Assembly (NCBI GenBank): GCA_937916085.1
Contig: CALGGO010000060.1
Coordinates: 1,602 to 65,601, forward strand
Length of the DNA stretch: 64,000 nucleotides
Source: an uncultured Prevotellaceae bacterium
GTDB taxonomy: Bacteria > Bacteroidota > Bacteroidia > Bacteroidales > Muribaculaceae
Direction of reading: 5' to 3'
Of the stretch, positions 17,709 to 26,864 are shown in pieces. The position numbers and the translations under genes are program-made. Each line of letters starts with the position of its first letter. The first letter of the stretch is position 1. A model generated the notes under the pieces. That model was not told the origin of the DNA. It saw only the letters and a list, made by a program, of their open reading frames with translations, and did not search any database.

Positions 17709-17856
17709 CCCTTGCTGCTTGGGGGTTACCGAGCTTCATACTTGCAACCATTTTCACTGCTGGGATTTTGTTTAAGAAACAATCCGTTTCGTTGGTTTTT
17801 ATTTCTTATTTATTGAAAAGCAGCGATTTATTTTTTGCTTGTATATTTATAATGTA

Positions 17857-17864
17857 TAATTTTG
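17857..17864 (+). promoter_or_regulatory. Bacteroidota -7 box candidate (TAATTTTG)
   Basis: Matches TAnnTTTG, 132 nt upstream of the ATG at 17996. Confidence 0.35.
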
Positions 17865-17995
17865 CTTGCTTAATTATGCTAATTTTGACTTATCAAGCCT
17901 ATTACAATTAGTGGTTTCAAAGTTTGAAATTGAATTAAAAACAGCTGATTTAAATAGAGACAAACAATATATTTATTAACTAAACTTATCAATTT

Positions 17996-20900
17996 ATGTT
18001 CAAAAAAATTTATCTAAAATTACTGATGGGCTTGCTGCTCACGGCACTCTCCGTGCCGCTAGCAAAGGCTGCTGAAGAAGTATTTGACTTTACTTCTAAC
18101 CATTATGGTTATAATACTGGAGACGAATTAACCACTATAATTGGTAGTGATATTTCTATAAGCTTCTCAGGTGATGGTAGTTCTACTATAAGTTCAAATT
18201 ACATCAATTTTGTTAAGAACTCAACTATGACTTTTAGCTTCTCGAACAATATCACTAGCATTCTTTTTGAGGGTGTCAGACTTCAAGGAAATGGAAATAC
18301 TACTACATCAAACATTTTTATGTATGTTATTAATGGAGGAGGTTATACAACAGGGTCTTGGACAAGTTCGACAGGCAAAGCAACGTGGACTGGTTCTTCC
18401 AATTCTCCTTATTTTAAAAACTATGACAGTGATGGTGCTTATCCAATTCGTATTTCCAAAATCACTGTTACATATGATGGTAGTGGCAACAAATATGAGG
18501 CTACCCCATCACCTGCATCAATTGCTTTTGGTGCAGTAAATAAGGGAGAGGAATCAACTCAAACCATCGTATTGAAGAATACTGGTACAGGCGACGCTGA
18601 CTTTACCCCCGTTCCATCAATTACCGATGATGCATCAGGTGTTTTCTCAATAGAAAGCGGTTATGAGACTGGAGTGCTTGAAGTTGGAAACACTCGAAAC
18701 TACAATATTGTTTTCAATCCAAATGCAGAAGGCAGTTTTACTGGAAACTTAGTCTTCACTATGACAGGTGAGGATGGTAATGAAAGGACATTAACCGTTC
18801 CTCTCTCTGGTACCGGCAACAAGGCTCTCTATGATGCCTCTGTTACTCCTGATGAGGGTCAGCTTGACTTTGGAAAGATTATCGTTGGCAGGACTGCCAC
18901 TAAGAAGGTGAAGATTACCAGCCTTGGCACACAGCCCATTGCTCCAACAGTATCAATAACTGGTACTGGCTTTGACGTGAACTATACCACCACTACTCTC
19001 AACCTTAATGAGAGTAACGAGATTACTGTAACATTCACCCCTACTGCCGCCAGCACCATTTACACTGGCCGCTTGACAATCACCGCCTACGACGGCAAGA
19101 CCTTTAACTTCACCCTTAAGGGCGAGGGCAAGGACGCAAGCGAAGCCACAGACTTCGACAACGGCACCTACAAGTGGCCTATCAACGCCGATGAGGCTGA
19201 CCAAGTGACATCTTACTATTCAGAGATTGCCACCGACCCCGACCAGATGATAGCCTTGATGCGTGCCGTGTATATGGACACATCGCTTCCTGGCAGCATT
19301 ACGCGCGGTTACAGCAGTGCTGGTGTAGGTGATGGCACGGTAGATTACCCTGCAATAGGTACAATGACAGGCTCATACGCCAATCCGTCTTATAATGATG
19401 CTTATGGTTGGAATATCCCGTCAAAGAGCATCATTACAGCACAATCATTCTCTAACAAGAATCTGAATTATTTTAACCGCACAGATTACACTCCAGAAAC
19501 AGAAGGTCTTACTCTTTTGTTGGTTGAGGTGAAAGACGGTGTAGATGCTTCTAAGACCAATGGCATAGTTTCACAAAGTTCTACTGACTATGCTAGTTTG
19601 CGTAACATTTTTGAAAAGACATTCAGTAGTGTTCGCATTATAAGCTCTTCTAAGGAGCTTGATGATGACACAAACCCAGGCACCCTGTTTAAGATTGACT
19701 GCGACCGCATGAACCGCTTCTTCCTTCTGGGCAAGGGACGTCTGCGCCAGTATGGAAGCTATATTGGTACTGGAGATAACATTTTCTATGGTTCTTACTG
19801 GCAAAATGACATATCATCATTTACAGAGATGGAGAATGGACCCTTCTACCAGATGTTTGAGCAATTCAGCCCTGTATCACTCACTGGTAGTTCAGCATAC
19901 GCTACTGATATCTACCAATCCCTTGTAAACGGTGACACCTATGGTGTAGAGCACGACTGTGAAGCAATTCCTTGGGCAAACGACGGTTACGGCATTATTG
20001 GCCACGAGTTCAACCTCTATGGACGTGACTCTTACGCCTCCGACTGCCAGGACATTCGCGACCTGTTGCTTTTTATTCCCAAATACCGCATGAAATGGTG
20101 GTATAGTAGCGGTAGTGGCCGTGACGGCAAGTCAACTGAGGAGCCATCTGTCGATATGTACAAGAACTACAACAAGGACTATGAGCCAACAATGGGACTG
20201 TTTGTAATCAATCAGAATGAGATTACAGGCAAGAAGGTTGAGAATGCAAGGAAATATAACCTGCATTTCAGCTGGACTTCCAACTTGGCTAAGTTCTTGC
20301 CTGGCGCCAATGGCAAATACACCCTCTATCAAGTAATTACCACCACCAATGCCGATGGCACTGTTACCAAGAATTATGTTGAAGTGGATAATGCCGTGGT
20401 TGATGCCAACACGCTTAAGTTTGACTGGAATAACGTGCCAATGGAAGCTAACGGCCGTGAGATGACTTTCGTTGTTCGCGGACAAGATGCCGATGGTTTC
20501 TTGACGCTACAATACTCCAACGAGCGCAGCTTCTATATCCCTGGTTATGAGAATAAAGAGCAGTTGAAGCTTGCGATGAATGTTGACAGCTACTTCAGCC
20601 GCTTTGACCCACAGCTGGTTCAGAACAACTACTCCAACTCCCTCACCATCGACAATGCTGGCACATCGTTGCTTAGCACTTATCTGTCGGACGGCACTGA
20701 CGGCGACGCTACGGTGTTCCACATTTGGCGCGTTCCCAATGGCAACTACGACAATAAAGTTGAGGTAGCTACCGCAACTGTCACCAGCAAGACTACAAGT
20801 GATGGCACTATGAATCTTGTGGTGGTTCCCGCTACTCAAAGTGAGTTTACCTATGGCTATCATGCTAATCCTGATGTTATAAACACCACATTCAGCATTA

Positions 20901-22615
20901 ACAGCAATGATGTGGTGACATTCAGCAATTTCAGCTTCTACGACAACTTCAGCGAAGCTATTCCTGCCGATAACAGTCACCCTAGCAATTATGTTTACTA
21001 CGTGACCTTTACCGCAGCCACACCATTCACAACCTATAATCCCGAAGGCATCCCCGACATTGCTACTTGGCAAGAAGGCAAGATTTTTGCTTACTTTGAG
21101 AGAAAGTATAATGAATGGAATGAAGTTAGAGCTTACGCATGGAATGGTGACGTTAAATTTGCTGGAGAATGGGCTGGAACCGAACTCACCCCGCTTAAAA
21201 ATGACAACAATGAAGATACTAATGTATATCTCTGGAGTATTGATGAGCGTTCTGATGATCTTATCCCCGAATATATAATATTTAGTTATAGAGATGGTTA
21301 TGGTAATTGGCACAAGACTCAGGATATGGCATTTACCAATGGTGGCTATTATACTATTACCAGTTACAATGATGGTGGTGAGCAAGTTACTGGAGGTATG
21401 GTTGGCACTGTCAGCGAAAGCAGCACAGATGCGACAAGTAACACCGTTACCGTTCCAGTTTACAAGACTGCAATGGCTATGAGTCCTATCAGTCAAACTG
21501 CTGTTGATGAAGACCTTCTCCATCAGGCACCTGCCAACACTCAGTTCACTATCAACGTACAAAGTTCCGCGAGGAGCGAGATTCTGCGTTACGACGCTTA
21601 CCGTTGGGCAGATAGTGAATATGGCACCACACAGAATCCACGCATGATTCTTGACCCGAATAATAGTGGAGAGACAACGCAAGATGAGGAGGACGTTGAT
21701 CCAGCAGGACAAGCCAATAATGAGAGTGACCACTACACTACCAAGATGAATAATGACTATACAGGTTCAGTTTCATTTGTCAATGGTAATAACTCAGCAT
21801 GGGCCCCATTTGAGGATAACTTCATGCTTCAAAAAAATCCAGCACCAGCAGCCGACACTTACACCTATGCGCCAGTAGTTGAGTTGTGCCCACCAGCAGG
21901 CTCTTATTACTCTGGAACTACGCCTCGTGTTGACTACAACACCTACGGTGCTCCATTGCAGGCTGCTGCCGGCGGTGAGTTGAATATTGTAGAGGTTGAG
22001 AAGAAAGCCAGCAATTATACTTGGCCTGTTGATAACCCAACTTACAGATACTATAATGTATTCTTGACTATTAATTCCGACAAGATTATTGTTCCTGCAG
22101 GATATGAGATTTATAAGGTTCGCATTTGGCGTCAAATCAACGAAGACTATCTTGGTGAGCAAGAAGGCAAGGGCTATGAGGACCGCTTGGATCTTGACGA
22201 AAATGGAGAGTATCTGTTTGAGGATATTGAGGCATGCCAGCCTGGCGGCTCTTTAGGCAGCACAGAACTCGGCACCAGTGGCAATGGTCCAGTTTATGCC
22301 GGCACCTTTGGCGCTAAGATTGTAGAAGGGACTGAAGTGATTCCAATGAAGTTTACTGTTCGCGTTTACTTCACCAAGCCTTCAAGTGCCAAGGCAGGTG
22401 AGCAGCCTTACTACATCGCAGAGACCGTTATTGAGGACGAGCTCACTAGCGATGTTCCCACCAGCATCTTTGGTGTTGAGGCTTCTCGCAATGTCACTGG
22501 CGTGAAGTACTACAACATGGCTGGTATTGAGAGCGACGTTCCATTCAATGGTGTAAACATCATGGTTACCACCTACGACGATGGCTCACGCTCAACTACT
22601 AAGATCTTGAAATAA
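17996..22615 (+). CDS. Large secreted cell-surface protein with Ig-like (choice-of-anchor-D-like) repeats and a T9SS C-terminal sorting domain
   Basis: 1539 aa. Signal peptide MFKKIYLKLLMGLLLTALSVPLAKA. Repeats of the type FGAVNKGEESTQTIVLKNTGTGDADF and DFGKIIVGRTATKKVKITSLG. A CBM-like module, FAYFERKYNEWNEVRAYAWNG...WAGTEL. C-terminus GVKYYNMAGIE...VNIMVTTYDDGSRSTTKILK. Confidence 0.75.
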   Translation: MFKKIYLKLLMGLLLTALSVPLAKAAEEVFDFTSNHYGYNTGDELTTIIGSDISISFSGDGSSTISSNYINFVKNSTMTFSFSNNITSILFEGVRLQGNGNTTTSNIFMYVINGGGYTTGSWTSSTGKATWTGSSNSPYFKNYDSDGAYPIRISKITVTYDGSGNKYEATPSPASIAFGAVNKGEESTQTIVLKNTGTGDADFTPVPSITDDASGVFSIESGYETGVLEVGNTRNYNIVFNPNAEGSFTGNLVFTMTGEDGNERTLTVPLSGTGNKALYDASVTPDEGQLDFGKIIVGRTATKKVKITSLGTQPIAPTVSITGTGFDVNYTTTTLNLNESNEITVTFTPTAASTIYTGRLTITAYDGKTFNFTLKGEGKDASEATDFDNGTYKWPINADEADQVTSYYSEIATDPDQMIALMRAVYMDTSLPGSITRGYSSAGVGDGTVDYPAIGTMTGSYANPSYNDAYGWNIPSKSIITAQSFSNKNLNYFNRTDYTPETEGLTLLLVEVKDGVDASKTNGIVSQSSTDYASLRNIFEKTFSSVRIISSSKELDDDTNPGTLFKIDCDRMNRFFLLGKGRLRQYGSYIGTGDNIFYGSYWQNDISSFTEMENGPFYQMFEQFSPVSLTGSSAYATDIYQSLVNGDTYGVEHDCEAIPWANDGYGIIGHEFNLYGRDSYASDCQDIRDLLLFIPKYRMKWWYSSGSGRDGKSTEEPSVDMYKNYNKDYEPTMGLFVINQNEITGKKVENARKYNLHFSWTSNLAKFLPGANGKYTLYQVITTTNADGTVTKNYVEVDNAVVDANTLKFDWNNVPMEANGREMTFVVRGQDADGFLTLQYSNERSFYIPGYENKEQLKLAMNVDSYFSRFDPQLVQNNYSNSLTIDNAGTSLLSTYLSDGTDGDATVFHIWRVPNGNYDNKVEVATATVTSKTTSDGTMNLVVVPATQSEFTYGYHANPDVINTTFSINSNDVVTFSNFSFYDNFSEAIPADNSHPSNYVYYVTFTAATPFTTYNPEGIPDIATWQEGKIFAYFERKYNEWNEVRAYAWNGDVKFAGEWAGTELTPLKNDNNEDTNVYLWSIDERSDDLIPEYIIFSYRDGYGNWHKTQDMAFTNGGYYTITSYNDGGEQVTGGMVGTVSESSTDATSNTVTVPVYKTAMAMSPISQTAVDEDLLHQAPANTQFTINVQSSARSEILRYDAYRWADSEYGTTQNPRMILDPNNSGETTQDEEDVDPAGQANNESDHYTTKMNNDYTGSVSFVNGNNSAWAPFEDNFMLQKNPAPAADTYTYAPVVELCPPAGSYYSGTTPRVDYNTYGAPLQAAAGGELNIVEVEKKASNYTWPVDNPTYRYYNVFLTINSDKIIVPAGYEIYKVRIWRQINEDYLGEQEGKGYEDRLDLDENGEYLFEDIEACQPGGSLGSTELGTSGNGPVYAGTFGAKIVEGTEVIPMKFTVRVYFTKPSSAKAGEQPYYIAETVIEDELTSDVPTSIFGVEASRNVTGVKYYNMAGIESDVPFNGVNIMVTTYDDGSRSTTKILK

Positions 22616-22643
22616 AAATTTTAGATAAGTTTTTATTGACGAG

Positions 22644-22680
22644 GAGGGCGACAAAAATTTTGTCGCCCTCTTCTTGCTTT
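22644..22680 (+). terminator. Rho-independent terminator candidate
   Basis: gagggcgacaaaa-a-ttttgtcgccctc forms a 13-bp near-perfect palindrome followed by ttcttgcttt, 29 nt after the stop at 22615. Confidence 0.7.
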
Positions 22681-22702
22681 GAGAGCCCGCCAAGGCGGGC
22701 GG

Positions 22703-22783
22703 CGGACAGGTCGGACAGGTCGGACGGGTCGGACAGGTCGGACGAGTCGGACGGGTCGGACAAGTCGGACGGGTCGGACAAGG
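22703..22783. repeat. 9-nt tandem array CGGACRRGT x9
   Basis: cggacaggt/cggacaggt/cggacgggt/cggacaggt/cggacgagt/cggacgggt/cggacaagt/cggacgggt/cggacaagg in exact 9-nt steps. Confidence 0.95.
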
Positions 22784-22792
22784 CGTTACTGA

Positions 22793-22827
22793 AACTAAGA
22801 ACTGAGAACTATTAACTATAAACTATT
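22793..22827. repeat. Heptamer array AACTNNN x5 (complement orientation of the AGTT family)
   Basis: aactaag/aactgag/aactatt/aactata/aactatt. Confidence 0.9.
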
Positions 22828-23005
22828 TAGTTTTGGCACGTTTTTTGCAATTTGTGTTGTGAAAAGCTATGATTTTTGCCAATTGTGTTGATGGTGTGTG
22901 ATTTTTTCACTACTTTTACGCACTAATTCACGGTAACAGCAACTATTGCCTTGTGAGCTTGTTTACTTGTGAGCTTGTTTACTAATTAAATAAAACCATA
23001 CAATT

Positions 23006-23458
23006 ATGATTGATTATTTTAGTAGCCATTTGTGGCAGTTTTGGACGTTGGTAGGTTTCATCTGCCTGATTTTGGAGTTGACCTCTGGCGACTTTTTCAT
23101 CATGTGTTTCTCGATAGGCGCTTTTATCGCAGCGCTAGCCTCGGCTTTTGTGCCGAGCTTCACGGTGCAGATTCTCATCTTTGCTGTGGCATCGCTGCTG
23201 TGTCTGCTCTTTGTGAGGCCGCTGGCGCTCAAGTATTTCCACCGCAAGGGTGAGGACCGTCCCAGCAATGTCGATGCCATGATAGGCCGCAAGGGCGTGG
23301 TGACCGACGCCATCGCTGCCGGCGGCTATGGCCGCGTGAAGATTGACGGCGACTCGTGGAAGGCTTGCGGCGTGAACGACGAGCCCATCGACAAGGATGC
23401 CCGCGTGGAGGTGGTGTCGATGGCAAGCACCATCATCACCGTGCGACCCTTGAAATAA
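23006..23458 (+). CDS. NfeD family membrane protein
   Basis: 150 aa. Three N-terminal hydrophobic helices, then the C-terminal OB-like GRKGVVTDAIAAGGYGRVKIDGDSWKA...ARVEVVSM. Precedes an SPFH gene, as is usual for NfeD. Confidence 0.8.
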   Translation: MIDYFSSHLWQFWTLVGFICLILELTSGDFFIMCFSIGAFIAALASAFVPSFTVQILIFAVASLLCLLFVRPLALKYFHRKGEDRPSNVDAMIGRKGVVTDAIAAGGYGRVKIDGDSWKACGVNDEPIDKDARVEVVSMASTIITVRPLK

Positions 23459-23481
23459 TGCAGAATGCTGAATGCAGAATC

Positions 23482-23698
23482 TTTGCCACTCTAAGAGTGG
23501 AAATTAGAGAGCCTGCGGCTCTAATATTATTGTGGTGCTACGCACTAAAATTTTAATTTAAAATAATTTTAGCGCCCTTGGGCGCAACATCAATTTGGAT
23601 AAAATGCTCACGCTCGGAATACAAAGAACAAGTTCTTGTCTTCTCTCGCTTAATCGCATTTTTTAGCACGAAGTGCTCTAATTTCGCCCGCAGGGCGC
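23482..23698. repeat. Mosaic mini-hairpin array, copy C (contains the 140-nt core 23559-23698)
   Basis: Stem-loops: ccactc-taa-gagtgg, agagcc-tgc-ggctct, gtgc-tac-gcac, gcgccc-tt-gggcgc, caagaac-aa-gttcttg, agcac-gaa-gtgct, cgccc-gca-gggcg. Inverted copy of array B. Confidence 0.9.
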
Positions 23699-23754
23699 TT
23701 GTCTCGGCATCTAGAACTTCTACAAAATCTAGATATTATAGAATGTCTAGAAAG

Positions 23755-23796
23755 AACTAAGAACTGATAACTCTAAACTTATAACTTATAACTATT
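23755..23796. repeat. Heptamer array AACTNNN x6 ending exactly at the SPFH start codon
   Basis: aactaag/aactgat/aactcta/aacttat/aacttat/aactatt, then ATG at 23797. Confidence 0.9.
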
Positions 23797-24759
23797 ATGG
23801 ACTCAGGACAAATTTCTCTTATTGTGATTATTGCACTCGTAGTGCTGGTGCTCATTTTCATCAAGATGAGCCTTGTGATCATCTCGCAGAGCGAGACTAA
23901 AATCGTGGAGCGATTGGGTAAGTACCACGCCACGCTCAAGCCAGGTATCAACATCATCATCCCGTTCATCGACCGCGCCAAGACCATCATCTCGCTTGCC
24001 AACGGACGATATGTATATACCAACAAGATAGACCTCCGCGAACAGGTCTATGACTTCGACAAGCAGAACGTTATCACCAAAGACAACATCCAGATGCAGA
24101 TTAACGCGCTGCTCTATTTCCAGATTGTAGATCCTTTTAAGGCGGTGTATGAAATCAGCAACCTCCCTAACGCTATCGAGAAGCTCACACAGACCACCCT
24201 GCGTAACATCATCGGTGAGCTGGAGCTTGACCAGACTCTCACCTCGCGCGACACCATCAACAACAAGCTGCGCGCCGTCCTCGACGAGGCTACCGACAAG
24301 TGGGGCGTGAAGGTGAACCGCGTGGAGCTGCAGGACATCATGCCACCGGCAAGCGTGCTGCAGGCTATGGAGAAGCAGATGCAGGCCGAGCGTAACAAGC
24401 GCGCCACCATCCTCACCAGCGAGGGCGACAAGGCTGCCGTGATCCTCCAGTCGGAGGGCGAGAAGACGTCGGTCATCAACCGTGCCGAGGCCGCCAAGCA
24501 GAAGGCTATCCTCGCCGCCGAAGGTGAGGCCGAGGCTCGCGTGCGCCGCGCCGAGGCCGAGGCTATCGCCATCGAGAAGGTTACCGAGGCTGTGGGCAAG
24601 AGCACTAATCCCGCCAACTACCTGCTCGCCAAGAACTACATCGAGACTTTGCAGACCATCGCTGGCGGTCCCGCCACCAAGACGGTTTATCTGCCCTACG
24701 AGGCAAGCAACCTCATGGGCAGCATAGGCGGTATCAAGGACATGTTCAAGATGGAGTGA
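23797..24759 (+). CDS. SPFH/band-7 (stomatin/paraslipin-like) membrane protein
   Basis: 320 aa. N-terminal TM helix, then IISQSETKIVERLGKYHATLKPGINIIIPFIDR and an Ala/Glu-rich coiled-coil tail. Confidence 0.85.
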   Translation: MDSGQISLIVIIALVVLVLIFIKMSLVIISQSETKIVERLGKYHATLKPGINIIIPFIDRAKTIISLANGRYVYTNKIDLREQVYDFDKQNVITKDNIQMQINALLYFQIVDPFKAVYEISNLPNAIEKLTQTTLRNIIGELELDQTLTSRDTINNKLRAVLDEATDKWGVKVNRVELQDIMPPASVLQAMEKQMQAERNKRATILTSEGDKAAVILQSEGEKTSVINRAEAAKQKAILAAEGEAEARVRRAEAEAIAIEKVTEAVGKSTNPANYLLAKNYIETLQTIAGGPATKTVYLPYEASNLMGSIGGIKDMFKME

Positions 24760-24786
24760 TACAATGCAGAATGCGGAATGCTGAAA

Positions 24787-26793
24787 TTAAGCGCCTTTTG
24801 GGGCGCTTTTTTCGTCTGCGGTGAGGCGGTTGCCGTTCATGCGGTCTATGTATTGCTGGATGAGTGCTTTGAGGTTGCGCTCCATAGCGGCTTGCTCGGG
24901 GACTTTTCCCACGAGGTTGTCGCGGAGCATCGTGTCGGTCTTGAAGCGGTAGATGGCTTTAGTCTTTTCGCCGTCATGCTGCAACAAGAAGTCGCCTTTT
25001 ATATATTGGTAAATGCCGTTACTGTAGTTGAAAGCCCAAGTGTGGTGGGCAGGAGTGTTGACGATATCGCATCCAAAGGCGAGATAGGGCTTGTCATATC
25101 CCAGCATACCCATGATTGTGGGCATAATGCTCGCCTGCTGCATCACCACGTCGTCGCGCATGGCGGGCGCCAGGCTGCCGTCGGGGGTGAAGAAGATGAT
25201 GGGGATGGAGTACAGACCGAGATCGGTCTGATACTCGGCGTGCGAGGTTTGGTTGGTGTGGTCGGCGACGATGACAAAGAGCGTGTTGCTGTACCACGGC
25301 TGGCGGGCGGCGTTCTCAAAGAAGTGGCGCAGCGCCATGTCGGTGTAGCGCACGCATTTGTGGATGGGTTGTCCACCCTCGTCGGGGTACTGTCCCTCGA
25401 GTTGCTCGGGCACCTTGAAGGGGTGATGCGACGAGGCGGTGAACACCGTTGCCAGGAACGGTTGCCGGTAGCCATTGAGCTTCTTGAGCATGAATTGCAG
25501 GAACGGCTCGTCCCATATCGCCCACATCCCGTCGTAGTCTTTGTCGCCACCGAAATGCGGATCTTGGTTGTACTCGTCGCGCCCTAAATAGTGCTGATAG
25601 CCTGTGGCGCGCGCAAATGCCTGGAAACCCATCGACCCGTTGTTGGCGCCGTGGAAGAAGGCGGTGCTGTAGCCCTTACCGTCGAGCTGGCGGGCAATGC
25701 CGCTCAGGTCGTTCATCGACGCTGGTGTGAGGAAGAACGGTTCTATCATCATGGGTATTCCCGATAGCACGCTGGGCATGGCGTCGATGCTCTTGCGCCC
25801 GTTGGCGTAGCTGTATTTAAAGGTGAGCGAGCGAGTGAGCAGCGAGTCAATAAACGGCGTGTAGCCTCGGTAGCTGCCGCCGTCGAGGTCGCGGTTGAAG
25901 GTGCCTATGTATTCCTTTCCCAAACTCTCCACGATAATCACCACCACATTCTTGGGAGTGAACACGGCGGTGCTGTCGGGCTGATGCACTGGCGTGTAGA
26001 TGGCTTCGAGCTGGGCTTTGTCGTCGAAATAATGCGGGTTGGCAAACACGTTCTTGCCCAGTGTGCGCAAGATTGAGAACGGTGTGTTGAGCACTAAGGC
26101 GGCATCGATGGGGCGGTCAACATACTGGTTGGCATTGCTCACCGTGATGGGGCGCACCGAGTGCGCCAAGCCACCGCGCATGCCGCCAATCACTGCGGGC
26201 ACCATAGCCACAAGGCTCAGCACCATCACCACATAATATCGCCAGTTGCGGCATTTGCCAGCCTCCAGGCGTGGTGTGACATAGAGTTTCCACATCAGCC
26301 ACACTAGCACTACTGCCAGCAGCACAAAATACCAGTGCTTGAGCACTTCAATGCCCATAATACCCGCCAAGTTACCCTCGTTGCCAAACTCGCTGAACAC
26401 TGTGCTGGTGGTGCGACGGCTCGTATATTGGAAATACACGGCATCCATCAAGTTCATCGCCAGGGCGATGCTGTTGATTGCGACAAACACCCACTTGCAC
26501 ACTTTGTGGTAGGTGCTTCGCTCCTTGAGGTGCAGCGGCAGCAGCATCATGATGATGTAGAGGGCGCAGGTGTACATGATTGCCGACGCGTCGAAGGTCA
26601 TGCCACCGGCAAAGGCATCGGTCAACGCCTTTCCGTGCAAGCCTTGCGAGAAGATGCTGTAATTCTCAAGGTAGTAGGCGACGCGGGCTATGAAATAGAT
26701 GACGAAAGCGATGAGCAGGTTGCACAGCACCGCCACCAGCGGTGCCAGCGGCGAAGTCATCACTTTGTGCTTTATATCCTTAAGGCGTCTCAT
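24787..26793 (-). CDS. LTA-synthase/sulfatase-family membrane protein (phosphoglycerol- or phosphoethanolamine-transferase-like), paralog 1
   Basis: N-terminal multi-TM region plus an extracytoplasmic sulfatase-fold domain (VVIIVESLGKEY, FFHGANNGSMGF, FVIVADHTN). Start taken at MRRLKD; the ORF is open to 26856. Confidence 0.8.
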   Translation of the reverse strand: MRRLKDIKHKVMTSPLAPLVAVLCNLLIAFVIYFIARVAYYLENYSIFSQGLHGKALTDAFAGGMTFDASAIMYTCALYIIMMLLPLHLKERSTYHKVCKWVFVAINSIALAMNLMDAVYFQYTSRRTTSTVFSEFGNEGNLAGIMGIEVLKHWYFVLLAVVLVWLMWKLYVTPRLEAGKCRNWRYYVVMVLSLVAMVPAVIGGMRGGLAHSVRPITVSNANQYVDRPIDAALVLNTPFSILRTLGKNVFANPHYFDDKAQLEAIYTPVHQPDSTAVFTPKNVVVIIVESLGKEYIGTFNRDLDGGSYRGYTPFIDSLLTRSLTFKYSYANGRKSIDAMPSVLSGIPMMIEPFFLTPASMNDLSGIARQLDGKGYSTAFFHGANNGSMGFQAFARATGYQHYLGRDEYNQDPHFGGDKDYDGMWAIWDEPFLQFMLKKLNGYRQPFLATVFTASSHHPFKVPEQLEGQYPDEGGQPIHKCVRYTDMALRHFFENAARQPWYSNTLFVIVADHTNQTSHAEYQTDLGLYSIPIIFFTPDGSLAPAMRDDVVMQQASIMPTIMGMLGYDKPYLAFGCDIVNTPAHHTWAFNYSNGIYQYIKGDFLLQHDGEKTKAIYRFKTDTMLRDNLVGKVPEQAAMERNLKALIQQYIDRMNGNRLTADEKSAPKGA
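24789..24812 (+). terminator. Rho-independent terminator of the SPFH gene
   Basis: aagcgcc-ttttgg-ggcgctt followed by a T-run. Overlaps the last codons of the convergent gene ending at 24787. Confidence 0.7.
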
Positions 26794-26840
26794 TTGAACA
26801 TAATTAGCTCGAAAACGCTGCAAAATTACATAGAAAATAT

Positions 26841-26848
26841 TATCTTTG
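26841..26848 (+). promoter_or_regulatory. Bacteroidota -7 box candidate (TATCTTTG)
   Basis: Exact TAnnTTTG match, 17 nt upstream of the ATG at 26865. Confidence 0.4.
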
Positions 26849-26864
26849 CAAAACAAATAAGAAG

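Noticed and set aside
17702-17911. 69-aa ORF in the AT-rich region upstream of the T9SS gene
   Set aside because: It overlaps the 53-nt repeat box and the probable promoter and leader of the downstream gene. It is a hydrophobic, low-complexity translation of AT-rich DNA, with no start context.
20507-21733. 408-aa minus-strand ORF inside the T9SS surface-protein gene
   Set aside because: The plus-strand reading has a signal peptide, repeats and a T9SS C-terminal domain, and is continuous over 4.6 kb. The antisense product has no features and would lack a promoter context.
22599-22781. 60-aa ORF translating to SDPSDLSDPSDSSDLSDPSDL...
   Set aside because: It is simply the translation of the 9-nt CGGACRRGT tandem array in the terminator region of the T9SS gene. 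It has no start context and is periodic by construction.
17361-23698. Phase-variable invertible-promoter switch (fim/PSA-like) driven by the inverted repeats
   Set aside because: The inverted repeats are 140 nt or more and enclose 6 kb with two complete genes, rather than a small promoter fragment. No tyrosine or serine recombinase gene is nearby. Homologous-recombination-mediated inversion remains possible and is reported as a finding, but a dedicated switch is unsupported.
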